Origin: an uncultured Solirubrobacterales bacterium
Lineage (GTDB): Bacteria; Actinomycetota; Thermoleophilia; Solirubrobacterales; 70-9
Assembly: GCA_963704515.1 (NCBI GenBank)
Contig: OY969913.1
Span: 1,352,137-1,416,136 of the forward strand
Reading direction: 5' to 3'
Length of the DNA stretch: 64,000 nt
Positions 1 to 8,080 of the stretch are shown here, one piece after another. Position 1 is the first letter of the stretch, and each line of letters starts with the position of its first letter. The position numbers and the translations under genes are program-made. A model generated the notes under the pieces. The model saw only the letters and a program-made list of their open reading frames with translations. It ran no database searches and was not told the origin of the DNA.

Positions 1-603
1 CGCCTGCTCGTTGTCCTGGAAGTGGACGGCGTGCAGGCCGGCCTTGCGGGCGCCTTCCACGTTGACGAGCACGTCGTCGACGAAGAGACACGTCTCGGCC
101 GGCTGCCCCACCCGCTCCAGGGTCAGCTCGTAGATCTTCGATTCCGGCTTGCGGCAGCCGACGAAGCCGGAGTCGACCACCGTCTCGAAGATCTCGTCGA
201 CCGGCATCATCGAGCGCCAGAGCGGCTCCCACTCGCGCACGTTGTTGGTCAGCATCGCCATCCGGTAGCCCTCGGCCTTCAGCTCCTCCATCAGCGCGAT
301 CATCGGCGGGTTCGGGTTGAGCGCCTCGAAGTAGATCTCGCGGAAGCGGTGCATCTCCGGCCGGTGGCCGAGCAGCGGCTCGAGCGCGTCGGTTAGCTGG
401 TCGAGGAAGGCGACCTCGGTGATCTCTCCCCGCTCCATTTCGAACAGCGGGTTGTCGCCGTTGGCCTCCGTGGCGGCCTGCATCGCCCTGCCGAGCGTCT
501 CGGTGGTGATCCCGGTCTGGTCCTGGAAGGCCATGAAGGACTGCACCAGCGGCGTCGTCAGCACGCCGCCGAAGTCGGAGATGATCGTGCCGATCTCAGC
601 CAC
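1..603 (-). CDS. HAD-superfamily hydrolase (3' end runs off the window)
   Basis: Absent from the ORF track because it is truncated. Own minus-strand translation from GTG at 603: VAEIGTIISDFGGVLTTPL...MLTNNVREWEP...VDSGFVGCRKPESKIYELTLERVG...CLFVDDVLVNVEGARKAGLHAVHF. This shows HAD motif I (DFGGV variant), the conserved Lys and the DD motif. Confidence 0.7.
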   Translation of the reverse strand, partial: MAEIGTIISDFGGVLTTPLVQSFMAFQDQTGITTETLGRAMQAATEANGDNPLFEMERGEITEVAFLDQLTDALEPLLGHRPEMHRFREIYFEALNPNPPMIALMEELKAEGYRMAMLTNNVREWEPLWRSMMPVDEIFETVVDSGFVGCRKPESKIYELTLERVGQPAETCLFVDDVLVNVEGARKAGLHAVHFQDNEQA

Positions 604-988
604 CGGCGCGCACCACCTCGTAGTGGCCGAGCCCCTCGCGCCCCTCGAGCGCCCAGCGGAAGAAGGCGATCGTGCCGCGCGCCCCGGGATGGGTGACCGC
701 GCTGGCGCTGATCAGCGTCCCGGCGCCGCGCAGCGGCTGGCCGTCCTCGTCGTCGAGCCAAAGCTCCAGCGTCGCCCGCCGCTGCACGCCATCGGGCCCG
801 TACTCGGTTGAGAGCAGCGCCTCGCTCACCTCGACCGGCGCCCCGTCGGGACCGCAGAGGACCGCGGCGACGCTCTCCTCGCCGTGCCCCGCCGACCCGG
901 CCGGCTGCACCGCGCTCAGCGCCAGCAGCCCGCCGTCGGCGAACGCGATCCCGATCGACCGCCGCTGAATCTCACCCGGCTCGCTCAT
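596..988 (-). CDS. hypothetical protein (130 aa)
   Basis: ORF-track ORF. Its stop overlaps the GTG start of the downstream HAD gene by 8 nt, which suggests coupling. No recognisable motif. Confidence 0.5.
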   Translation of the reverse strand: MSEPGEIQRRSIGIAFADGGLLALSAVQPAGSAGHGEESVAAVLCGPDGAPVEVSEALLSTEYGPDGVQRRATLELWLDDEDGQPLRGAGTLISASAVTHPGARGTIAFFRWALEGREGLGHYEVVRAGG

Positions 989-1041
989 CGGCGGCGAAGC
1001 CTATTGGCCGACCGGACCGGAGGCCCGGGTACCATTGCGCC

Positions 1042-1359
1042 ATGTCCGAGAACCAGACCGCAGCCCTCACAGAAGATGACGTCCTCGAGGCCCTGGAGGA
1101 AGTGATCGACCCCGAGCTGGGGCTCGACTTCGTCTCCCTCGGCCTCGTCTACGACGTCGAGATCGAGAAAGAAGACGTCTACGTCACCTTCACCCTGACC
1201 ACCCCCGCCTGCCCGATCGGCCCCCAGGTCTCCGAGCAGATGAAGGAGTTCGTAGGCGACCTCCCCGGCGTCTCCGCCGTCCACCCCAAGATGATCTTCG
1301 ACCCCCCCTGGAGCCCCGAGATGATGACCGAGGACGCCAAGTTCGCGCTGGGCTTCTAG
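1042..1359 (+). CDS. DUF59 / SufT-like Fe-S assembly protein
   Basis: The internal ATG at 1042 of ORF 808..1359 gives MSENQTAALTEDDVLEALEEVIDPELGLDFVSLGLVYDV...TLTTPACPIG, the typical DUF59 (MIP18/SufT) signature with its conserved Cys. Confidence 0.8.
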   Translation: MSENQTAALTEDDVLEALEEVIDPELGLDFVSLGLVYDVEIEKEDVYVTFTLTTPACPIGPQVSEQMKEFVGDLPGVSAVHPKMIFDPPWSPEMMTEDAKFALGF

Positions 1360-1413
1360 TCCCTCTCGCCGCGCGAACTTTACGAGGGCGCCTCGCGAGG
1401 CTATGCTGCCGTC

Positions 1414-2109
1414 GTGGATTCGAAGCCGCATCGGCCGTCTCCAGCGCTCGTAATCAGCTGCATCGCCCTCTTCCTCGCGCTGGGTGGGACCGGCTATGCG
1501 GCCAGCCAGATAGTCGTCTCGACCCCGAGTTACAAGAAGGCGAAGAAGTCGAAGCCGAAGATCTCGAAGAAGCAAATCGAAGCGGCTGTCGCCAAGTACG
1601 TCAAGGCGCACAAGAAGGAACTCAGCGGACCCGCGGGTGCAAACGGAGCGCCGGGACCGCCTGGGGACCCGGGTCCCCAGGGTGTGCCGGGCGCTGTAGG
1701 ACAGCCTGGTGCGACTGGAGCTGCCTCCAGCTCCGCCAGTCTGGCGGGCCCGGTTAGCACGGGCTCCTCGAGCCGCGTCGACCTCGGCGGTCCGAGCGTT
1801 ACGGTGAAAGTTGGGCCCAGCGGGCTGATTGCCTACTGGATCAAGGCGAGGCTGAAGAGCGTCGGTGGGGGCACGGCGAAGGTCGTCCTCCTCGATTCCA
1901 CAGGCGAAGCGTCACAGATAGAAAGCTCTTCGAGCGGCGCGATCACCTACTACACGAAGCCCGAAAGCAATTCGGGCACCTTCATCTTCAACCCGGGCCT
2001 CTCGACTGACTACGTTGGGCCCGGCACGAGGACGATCTCGCTCCAGTACTTGGACACGGCGGGGACAGGCGTGTTCGAAGAACTGGAGCTCGTCGTCATC
2101 CCGCTCTGA
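1414..2109 (+). CDS. membrane-anchored protein with Lys-rich segment and collagen-like G-X-Y repeat
   Basis: N-terminal hydrophobic helix (LVISCIALFLALGGTGYAA), then a KKAKKSKPKISKK stretch, then [32 protein letters not shown] (about 10 G-X-Y triplets, nt 1627..1719). Confidence 0.7.
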   Translation: MDSKPHRPSPALVISCIALFLALGGTGYAASQIVVSTPSYKKAKKSKPKISKKQIEAAVAKYVKAHKKELSGPAGANGAPGPPGDPGPQGVPGAVGQPGATGAASSSASLAGPVSTGSSSRVDLGGPSVTVKVGPSGLIAYWIKARLKSVGGGTAKVVLLDSTGEASQIESSSSGAITYYTKPESNSGTFIFNPGLSTDYVGPGTRTISLQYLDTAGTGVFEELELVVIPL

Positions 2110-2126
2110 GAACCTCGCGGGTACGG

Positions 2127-3380
2127 ATGGATTCTCTCTGTGCGCTGAGTGCCAATCGTAGGGGCAGGGTTCGTGGCTGTTTGCGGACCGCCGTGCTGGC
2201 GGCGCTTTGCTGCCTCTTGGTGGCCAGCCCTGCGTCTGCCTCTGCACGTCCGTCGACGGGCGGGAACGCCGGCGCCACGGCCTCGGTGATCAAGGGCACA
2301 CCTGCCTCGATCACGGACTTCCCGTGGCTCGCGCACGTCACGTATGAAGGTGCGGCTGAGGGGTTCGAATGCAGCGGGTCCGTCGTCGCGCCCCGCTTGG
2401 TGCTGACGGCGGGGCACTGCGCGGTGGCCGAGTCTGGGCGCGTTCTGGACCCCTCGCACTACCGCGTGGTCACGGGTTTGGGGGACCTCAAGCAGTTGAC
2501 GCCCGAACATGTCTCCGCGGTCGTTCAGGTGCTCGTCGATCCGAGCTACGAACCGTCTAAGAACCTCAACGACGCCGCCCTGTTGGTGCTCGCGGCGCCG
2601 GTCGCGGCGCCGCCGATCGCCCTGGCTACCGCCGACGACGAGGCCCTGTCATCCGGTGGGACGCCGATCTCGATCGTCGGCTGGGGACTGACGAGCGGCG
2701 CCTCGACGAAGGCGCCGACAGTTCTGCGGTCCGGCGAAGCCGTGATTCAGGACGACGCCTACTGCCGAATGAAGGCGAAAACGGTGACCCCCTTCTACAG
2801 CGTTGCCACCCAGATCTGTTCGATCGCGCCGCCGAGCTTCGAAGTGGGGGTCTGCCACGGCGACAGCGGCGGGCCCGTTATCGCGGTCCGCTCGGACGGC
2901 GTGCCGGTCCAGGTCGGGATCATCAGCATGGCCGACCCGGTGTGCAAGACCAACATTCCCGATGTCGAGACCCGGGTCGATCAGGTGACTCCATGGATAT
3001 CGAGCTGGATTGCCGCCGTTGAAGCCGGAGCCCCGGCGCCCCCGATCGTGGTGCCGCCGCTGCTGCGCCTTCCGAAGCTGACCTTCAAGGCGGCCGAATC
3101 TCTCGCCTATATCGGGCTGGCGGGCGATTTCCGCAACCGATTCCTGAAGGGTCGCTTCAAGGAAATCGGATGCCGGCGAGTCGCACGGGAAAAGATCAAG
3201 TGCCAGGTCTTCTGGTATCTGGCCGGCAGCGTCTACATCGGCTCGGCGACGGTCTATTACTCGCTCCCCCGCGAAGGCGCGCCCTGGAACCTTCGCTACC
3301 GGATCCGCAAGGTCGGAGCGGCCTGCTGGCTCAACCGGGGGAGCGCAAAGCGCTGTCCCGGGACTCTCTACCACCGCTGA
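2127..3380 (+). CDS. secreted trypsin-like (S1) serine protease with C-terminal extra domain
   Basis: Signal-like N-terminus. Catalytic triad contexts LTAGHC, NDAALLVL and GDSGGP. About 120 aa of uncharacterised Cys-containing C-terminal domain. Confidence 0.85.
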   Translation: MDSLCALSANRRGRVRGCLRTAVLAALCCLLVASPASASARPSTGGNAGATASVIKGTPASITDFPWLAHVTYEGAAEGFECSGSVVAPRLVLTAGHCAVAESGRVLDPSHYRVVTGLGDLKQLTPEHVSAVVQVLVDPSYEPSKNLNDAALLVLAAPVAAPPIALATADDEALSSGGTPISIVGWGLTSGASTKAPTVLRSGEAVIQDDAYCRMKAKTVTPFYSVATQICSIAPPSFEVGVCHGDSGGPVIAVRSDGVPVQVGIISMADPVCKTNIPDVETRVDQVTPWISSWIAAVEAGAPAPPIVVPPLLRLPKLTFKAAESLAYIGLAGDFRNRFLKGRFKEIGCRRVAREKIKCQVFWYLAGSVYIGSATVYYSLPREGAPWNLRYRIRKVGAACWLNRGSAKRCPGTLYHR

Positions 3381-3423
3381 GCGCGCCGGGCCGGCGATCC
3401 AACCCGTTCAACCGCGCGGCGAG

Positions 3424-3894
3424 TCAGCTCGGCAGCCGCGGGTCGTCCACGTCGATCTCCTCCGCGCTGGCCTCATAGTCGTATGAGCGCCTCGCAGGGC
3501 CGGTGCCGGTGGGGCCTCCCGGCGTCCCGACGATCAGGAACCGCCGCGCCACGTAGCCGCGCATCAGGCGCCGGACGATCGCCCGGGTCGGTGGGATCAG
3601 GAAGATTGCGCCGAAGATGTCGGTGACGAAGCCTGGGGTGAGGAGGAGGGTGCCGCCGATCGCGATCAGCAGGCCGTCGGCGACCTCCTTGCCGGGAAAG
3701 CGGCGCTCGGCGAGGGCGGCGTTGAAGCGGCGCCAGGCGCCGCGGCCCTGGTGGCGCAGCAGCAGCGAGCCGAGCAGGGCGTCGGCCAGCAGCAGGGCGA
3801 TCGTCGGCCAGACGCCGATCAGCGAGCCGACCTGGATGATCACGTAGAGCTCGACGATCGGGACTGCGATGAAGAGGGCGACGAGGATTGCCAC
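3424..3894 (-). CDS. fxsA: FxsA family membrane protein
   Basis: MAILVALFIAVPIVELYVIIQVGSLIG...LLLTPGFVTDIFGAIFLIPPTR, the characteristic FxsA/UPF0716 pattern. Confidence 0.8.
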   Translation of the reverse strand: MAILVALFIAVPIVELYVIIQVGSLIGVWPTIALLLADALLGSLLLRHQGRGAWRRFNAALAERRFPGKEVADGLLIAIGGTLLLTPGFVTDIFGAIFLIPPTRAIVRRLMRGYVARRFLIVGTPGGPTGTGPARRSYDYEASAEEIDVDDPRLPS

Positions 3895-3925
3895 CGGTCA
3901 AGCCTAGTCCGGCGGAATCTCCGGC

Positions 3926-5338
3926 TCAGGCCGGTGCCGCGGCCGCGGCGGCCTCCTCGAGCTCCGCGAGCGAGCGGTCGAGGCCGGTGGCGAAGGTTTC
4001 GATGTCCTCCATCGCGTCGTAGTCGCCGAGCAGGCCGAAGCCGACGTGGCCGTTGTAGCTCATGATCGCCACCGCGAGGGCGTGGTTCTGGGGGAGGAAG
4101 GCGACCGGGAAGACCTCCTCCAGCTCGCGGCCGAGCACGTAGAGGGGGATCTGCGGACCGGGCACGTTGGTGACGATCATGTTGAAGAGGCGGGTGGAGA
4201 AGTTGATCCGCGAGGCCTGCGCCAGCAGGGTCGGCGGGGCGAAGTCGTTGAAGCGGGCGATCACTTCCGCGCCGAGCGCCTGCTTGGAGCGCTTCAGCCC
4301 CTCCATCTGCTCGCTGACCACGCGCAGGCGGCGCACCGGGTCCTCGACGTAGACGGGCAGCGGCCCGCGCATCGCCGCGATCCGGTTGCCGAGGTCGCCC
4401 CGCTCGTCGGCGGCTCGGATCGAGACCGGTACCAGCGCTCGCAGCTCCAGGCCCTCGGTGCGGATGCCGCGCGCGTGCAGCCACTCGCGCAGCGCACCGG
4501 TGACCACCGCCAGGACGACGTCGTTGACCGTGCCGCCGAAGGTGTCCTTGATCCGCTTGAAGGTCGCCAGTTCCGAGCGCGCCCAGGTGAAGCGCCGGTG
4601 CGGGCCGATCGGCTGGTTGAGCGGCACCGAGGGCGCCGGGTCGGCGAAGGCGCCGACCACCTCGCCCAGCCCCTCCACGGCCTCGCCCACGCGGTGGGCC
4701 GCTTTCTCGGGATGGCGCACCGCCTCGACCGCGCGCTCGAGCAGCTTCACCGGCGCCGCCGCCAGGTCGACCGCGCCGCGCGTGACGAGCTCGGCCGTGG
4801 TCGGCTGGCGCTCCGGCACCCAGCCGTCCTCGTTCCGCACAGGCTCGGGCACCGGCTCGAGGTCGAAGAGGACGGTGCCGATGTCGACGCCGGAGATTCC
4901 GTCGACCATCGCGTGGTGGGTCTTGGTCAGCAGCGCGAAGCGGTCGCGCTCCAGGCCCTGCACCAGCCACAGCTCCCAGAGCGGCTTGGAGCGGTCGAGC
5001 TGCTGGGAGAAGACGCGCCCGGCCAGCCGCTTCAGCTGCCGCTCGCCGCCCGGGTCGGGCAGCGCGGTGTGGCGGATGTGGTAGGTCAGGTTGAAGTTGA
5101 CGTCATCGGCCCAGAGCGGCCGCCCGGCCTCCAGTGGCGGCGTGACGAGGCGCTGGCGGAACCGCGGCACCTGGTTCAGTCGGCCGCGCACGTGCTCGAC
5201 CAGATCGACGTACTTCGGCGGCGGCCCCTCGAAGATCAGGATCGCGCCGACGTGCATGTGGCTCGCCGAGGTCTCGTTGGTGAGGAACGAGGCGTCGACG
5301 GCCGTCAGTCGGTCGAGGTGGCGTCCTTGCGTTGCCAT
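3926..5338 (-). CDS. wax ester synthase/diacylglycerol acyltransferase (WS/DGAT) family
   Basis: 470 aa with the HHAMVDG active-site motif (THHAMVDGISG) and typical WS/DGAT length. Confidence 0.85.
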   Translation of the reverse strand: MATQGRHLDRLTAVDASFLTNETSASHMHVGAILIFEGPPPKYVDLVEHVRGRLNQVPRFRQRLVTPPLEAGRPLWADDVNFNLTYHIRHTALPDPGGERQLKRLAGRVFSQQLDRSKPLWELWLVQGLERDRFALLTKTHHAMVDGISGVDIGTVLFDLEPVPEPVRNEDGWVPERQPTTAELVTRGAVDLAAAPVKLLERAVEAVRHPEKAAHRVGEAVEGLGEVVGAFADPAPSVPLNQPIGPHRRFTWARSELATFKRIKDTFGGTVNDVVLAVVTGALREWLHARGIRTEGLELRALVPVSIRAADERGDLGNRIAAMRGPLPVYVEDPVRRLRVVSEQMEGLKRSKQALGAEVIARFNDFAPPTLLAQASRINFSTRLFNMIVTNVPGPQIPLYVLGRELEEVFPVAFLPQNHALAVAIMSYNGHVGFGLLGDYDAMEDIETFATGLDRSLAELEEAAAAAAPA

Positions 5339-5364
5339 CGCCTTAGGCTAGCTACTCTGCGGCT

Positions 5365-6330
5365 ATGCCTTCACTCGCCACGGCAGCGCCGAAACGAGTC
5401 CTGCTCGCGGCCCCGCGCGGTTACTGCGCGGGCGTCGACCGCGCCGTGCAGACGGTCGAGCGCGCCCTGGAGCTCCACGGAGCGCCGGTCTACGTGCGCA
5501 AGGAGATCGTCCACAACAAGCACGTCGTCGAGGAGCTGGCCAAGCGCGGCGCGATCTTCGTCGAGCAGGAGACCGAGGTTCCGGAGGGGGAGATGGTCGT
5601 CTTCTCGGCCCACGGCGTGGCGCCGGCGGTGCACCAGAACGCCGCCGCCCGCCGGCTGCGGACGATCGACGCCACCTGCCCGCTGGTCACCAAGGTCCAC
5701 GTCTCCGCCCGCCGCTTCGCCGCCGAGGGCTATACGATCATCATGATCGGCCACGAGGGCCACGAGGAGGTCGAAGGGACCACCGGCGAGGCGCCCGAGA
5801 GTATCGTCCTCATCGAAACCGCGGACGAGGTCGAGAGCCTCGAGGTCCCGGACCCGACCAAGGTCGCCTTCATCACTCAGACCACGCTCTCGGTCGACGA
5901 GACCGCCGAGGTGATCGCCGCCCTGCGCGCGAAGTTCCCGGCGATCGTCAGCTCCAAGTCCGACGACATCTGTTACGCGACGACCAACCGCCAGATCGCG
6001 GTCAAGCAGTTGGCCCGCGAGTGCGAGCTGGTCCTCGTCATCGGCTCGACCAACTCGTCGAACTCGAACCGCCTGGTCGAGGTGGCGCGTGAGCACGGCG
6101 CCGCCTCGCACCTGATCGACAACCACACCCAGGTCGAGGAGGCCTGGCTGGAGGGCGTCGAGACGGTTGGGATCACCTCGGGGGCGAGCGCGCCCGAGGA
6201 GCTGGTCGAGAGCCTGGTCGAGCTCTTCCGCGAGCGGGGGGCGAGCGAGGTCTCCGAGCTGCGCACGGTCCACGAGGACGTGCGCTTCATGCTGCCGAAG
6301 GAGATTCGGGAAGCGACGCCTGCCGCGTAG
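5365..6330 (+). CDS. ispH: 4-hydroxy-3-methylbut-2-enyl diphosphate reductase
   Basis: [30 protein letters not shown] and TTNRQ motifs; 321 aa. Confidence 0.95.
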   Translation: MPSLATAAPKRVLLAAPRGYCAGVDRAVQTVERALELHGAPVYVRKEIVHNKHVVEELAKRGAIFVEQETEVPEGEMVVFSAHGVAPAVHQNAAARRLRTIDATCPLVTKVHVSARRFAAEGYTIIMIGHEGHEEVEGTTGEAPESIVLIETADEVESLEVPDPTKVAFITQTTLSVDETAEVIAALRAKFPAIVSSKSDDICYATTNRQIAVKQLARECELVLVIGSTNSSNSNRLVEVAREHGAASHLIDNHTQVEEAWLEGVETVGITSGASAPEELVESLVELFRERGASEVSELRTVHEDVRFMLPKEIREATPAA

Positions 6331-6332
6331 GG

Positions 6333-6431
6333 GGAGGGAGGACGGGGACCCCCTCCGCCGGACAATTTCCGTCCTAATGAGGCCGAAAATTTGAGTATCC
6401 GCCCGTCGGAGGGGGTCCCCGTCCTCCCTCC
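6333..6431. terminator. 25-bp perfect inverted repeat (49-nt spacer) filling the convergent ispH / Trx-like gap
   Basis: 6333-6357 ggagggaggacggggaccccctccg is the exact reverse complement of 6407-6431. It starts 3 nt after the ispH stop and overlaps the opposite gene's stop by 1 nt. Confidence 0.5.
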
Positions 6432-7240
6432 TACGGGACGCCTGCGGCGAAGCTTATGGACCAGATTCGGAGGGTGGGCGACGGCTCGAGGGTGAGGTGG
6501 TGGGTTTCGTGACGCTCGTGTTGGGCGAGCTTGTATAGGTGCGCGCCGTCGACTTCAAGCGCGATGCGATCCCGGCCGTCGAGGGTGACGGTGAGGGTGC
6601 CCTTGCCCTCGACGGTCGCATAGGCGCCGCCGGCTTCGTAGTTGAGCTCCAGCGGGCCGCCGCTCCACGGCTCCTCCCAGGAGCCGCCGGGGAAGATCTC
6701 CGGCGTGGGGGGCATCACCTTGGCGCCGGGGGCATCGGTGGGGCGGAGAGGTGTCATGGGCTTGGGCAGGGCGCGGAGGGCGTCGAGCTCGCGCAGCTCG
6801 CCCTGGATCGCCTCCTCGGTTGCGAGGTATTCGCCCTCGCCGAAGTGGAACCAACCGAGCGCGCCGCCCGCGCTCCAGAGGAAGAGGCTGGGCCAGCCTT
6901 CGCAGCCGTAGGCGTGCCAGAGGTCGCGCTCGGCGTCGACCGCCACCGGGAACTCGACCCCGAGCTCGCCCAGGCCGGCGGCGACCGCGTCCGCGTCGCT
7001 CCCAAAGGGGAAGCGATGCGTATGAATGCCGATCGTGCTCAGGCCGTGCTCGCGATAGCGCCGGTCCCACTCGGCCACGTAGGGCAGCGAGCGCACGCTG
7101 TTCAGCTGCGCGAAGTCGATGAAGTGCACGAGCACCGGCCCCTTCGCCGTCAGCAGCGGCATCGAGCGCGGCTCCTCCCCGACCCAAGCCAACCCCTCAG
7201 GCAGGTCCGGCGCCGCAATCGTGTCCGTCTCCGGTCGCAA
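6431..7240 (-). CDS. DipZ-C-terminal-like thioredoxin-fold protein lacking the CxxC motif
   Basis: The pattern GPVLVHFIDFAQLNSVRSLPYV...GLSTIGIHTHRFPFG...FPVAVDAERDLWHAYGCEGWPSLFLW...HFGEGEY resembles the DipZ/TlpA-like fold. AQLN stands where the redox CxxC is expected. Confidence 0.6.
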   Translation of the reverse strand: MRPETDTIAAPDLPEGLAWVGEEPRSMPLLTAKGPVLVHFIDFAQLNSVRSLPYVAEWDRRYREHGLSTIGIHTHRFPFGSDADAVAAGLGELGVEFPVAVDAERDLWHAYGCEGWPSLFLWSAGGALGWFHFGEGEYLATEEAIQGELRELDALRALPKPMTPLRPTDAPGAKVMPPTPEIFPGGSWEEPWSGGPLELNYEAGGAYATVEGKGTLTVTLDGRDRIALEVDGAHLYKLAQHERHETHHLTLEPSPTLRIWSISFAAGVP

Positions 7241-7257
7241 GTCCCGCCAACCTACCG

Positions 7258-7319
7258 CCCGGGGACGTGCCGCAACTTAGGGGTCACCGGTGGTATCTAA
7301 GTCGCGGCACGTCCCCGGG
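7258..7319. promoter_or_regulatory. 23-bp inverted repeat (1 mismatch) with nested CACCGGTG palindrome in a divergent promoter region
   Basis: 7258-7280 cccggggacgtgccgcaacttag versus the reverse complement of 7297-7319, cccggggacgtgccgcgacttag. The 16-nt spacer contains caccggtg. Confidence 0.5.
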
Positions 7320-7352
7320 TTGCGGTGAGGATTGCGGTAGCTTGCTTGAGCG

Positions 7353-7592
7353 ATGGTGGAGATCCTCATCGCGCTGGCGCCGCTCTTCGTTCTCCTTGCG
7401 GCGCTGTTGCTCGGGCGTTACCCGGGCTGCGATGCCATCGTGCGGCTCTCCGACCGGCTCAGCGCTCGTCTGCGTCGGCGCGCAGCGCGGCCCGCGCCGC
7501 GGCCCGCGGTTCCGCACTGCCACGCACCCAGCGGCGGGCTGCTGCTCGCGTTCGGCGTCGCCACCCGGCCGCCACCGTCCCTCACCGCCTAG
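7353..7592 (+). CDS. small hypothetical membrane protein (79 aa)
   Basis: N-terminal hydrophobic helix and strong G/C third-position bias in this frame. Competing overlapping ORFs make this uncertain. Confidence 0.35.
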   Translation: MVEILIALAPLFVLLAALLLGRYPGCDAIVRLSDRLSARLRRRAARPAPRPAVPHCHAPSGGLLLAFGVATRPPPSLTA

Positions 7593-7702
7593 CGAGACAG
7601 GACTCGCGCTCACTGCGGCGCGGGTCAATGGCAGCCATGACGCAAAGCGCCGTGGCGAATCCTGCGTGAGCATCCGCTCGTGCCCGTGAGAAGGGAGCAG
7701 CA

Positions 7703-8080
7703 ATGAACTCCAACACAACCCGCGCGCTGGCGGGGATCGCGGTCGTCGTAGTGGCGATCGTCCTCCTCGTCGTGCTGAAGAACGGCAGTGGCGGCGACAG
7801 TGGCAGCAGCGAGGGGAACAAGGTGACCACGATCGTGGTTAAGAACGGCAAACCCGTCGGCGGCATCGCCCAGCTCACCTACAACGAGGGCGAAGAGGTG
7901 CGCTTCAAGGTGGACTCCGACGTCAGCGACGAGGTCCACATGCACGGCTACGACATCATGAAGGACGTCAAGGCGGGCGGCTCGGTCAGCTTCGACTTCC
8001 CGGCCACGATCGAAGGAGTCTTCGAGGCGGAGCTCGAGGGCCGCAAGGAACAGATCCTCGAACTCACGGTGAACCCGTGA
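7703..8080 (+). CDS. membrane-anchored small beta-sandwich (cupredoxin-like) protein
   Basis: GAAGGGAG ribosome-binding site upstream. TM anchor AGIAVVVVAIVLLVV followed by VTTIVVKNGKPVGG...EVRFKVDSDVSDEVHMHGYD...FEAEL. The fold assignment is inference. Confidence 0.6.
   Translation: MNSNTTRALAGIAVVVVAIVLLVVLKNGSGGDSGSSEGNKVTTIVVKNGKPVGGIAQLTYNEGEEVRFKVDSDVSDEVHMHGYDIMKDVKAGGSVSFDFPATIEGVFEAELEGRKEQILELTVNP

Noticed and set aside
808-1041. Long N-terminal extension of the DUF59 protein from TTG 808
   Set aside because: The extension is Arg/Pro/Ala-rich and overlaps the minus-strand gene 596..988. The ATG at 1042 gives a protein of standard DUF59 size.
2350-2380. tRNA-like T-arm string ggggttcgaatgc
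   Set aside because: It lies inside the S1 protease coding frame (EGFECSG). There is no acceptor or anticodon stem around it.
4046-5746. 566-aa plus-strand ORF overlapping the WS/DGAT gene and ispH
   Set aside because: It is a shadow ORF. It runs antisense to a gene with the HHAMVDG motif and out of frame with ispH.
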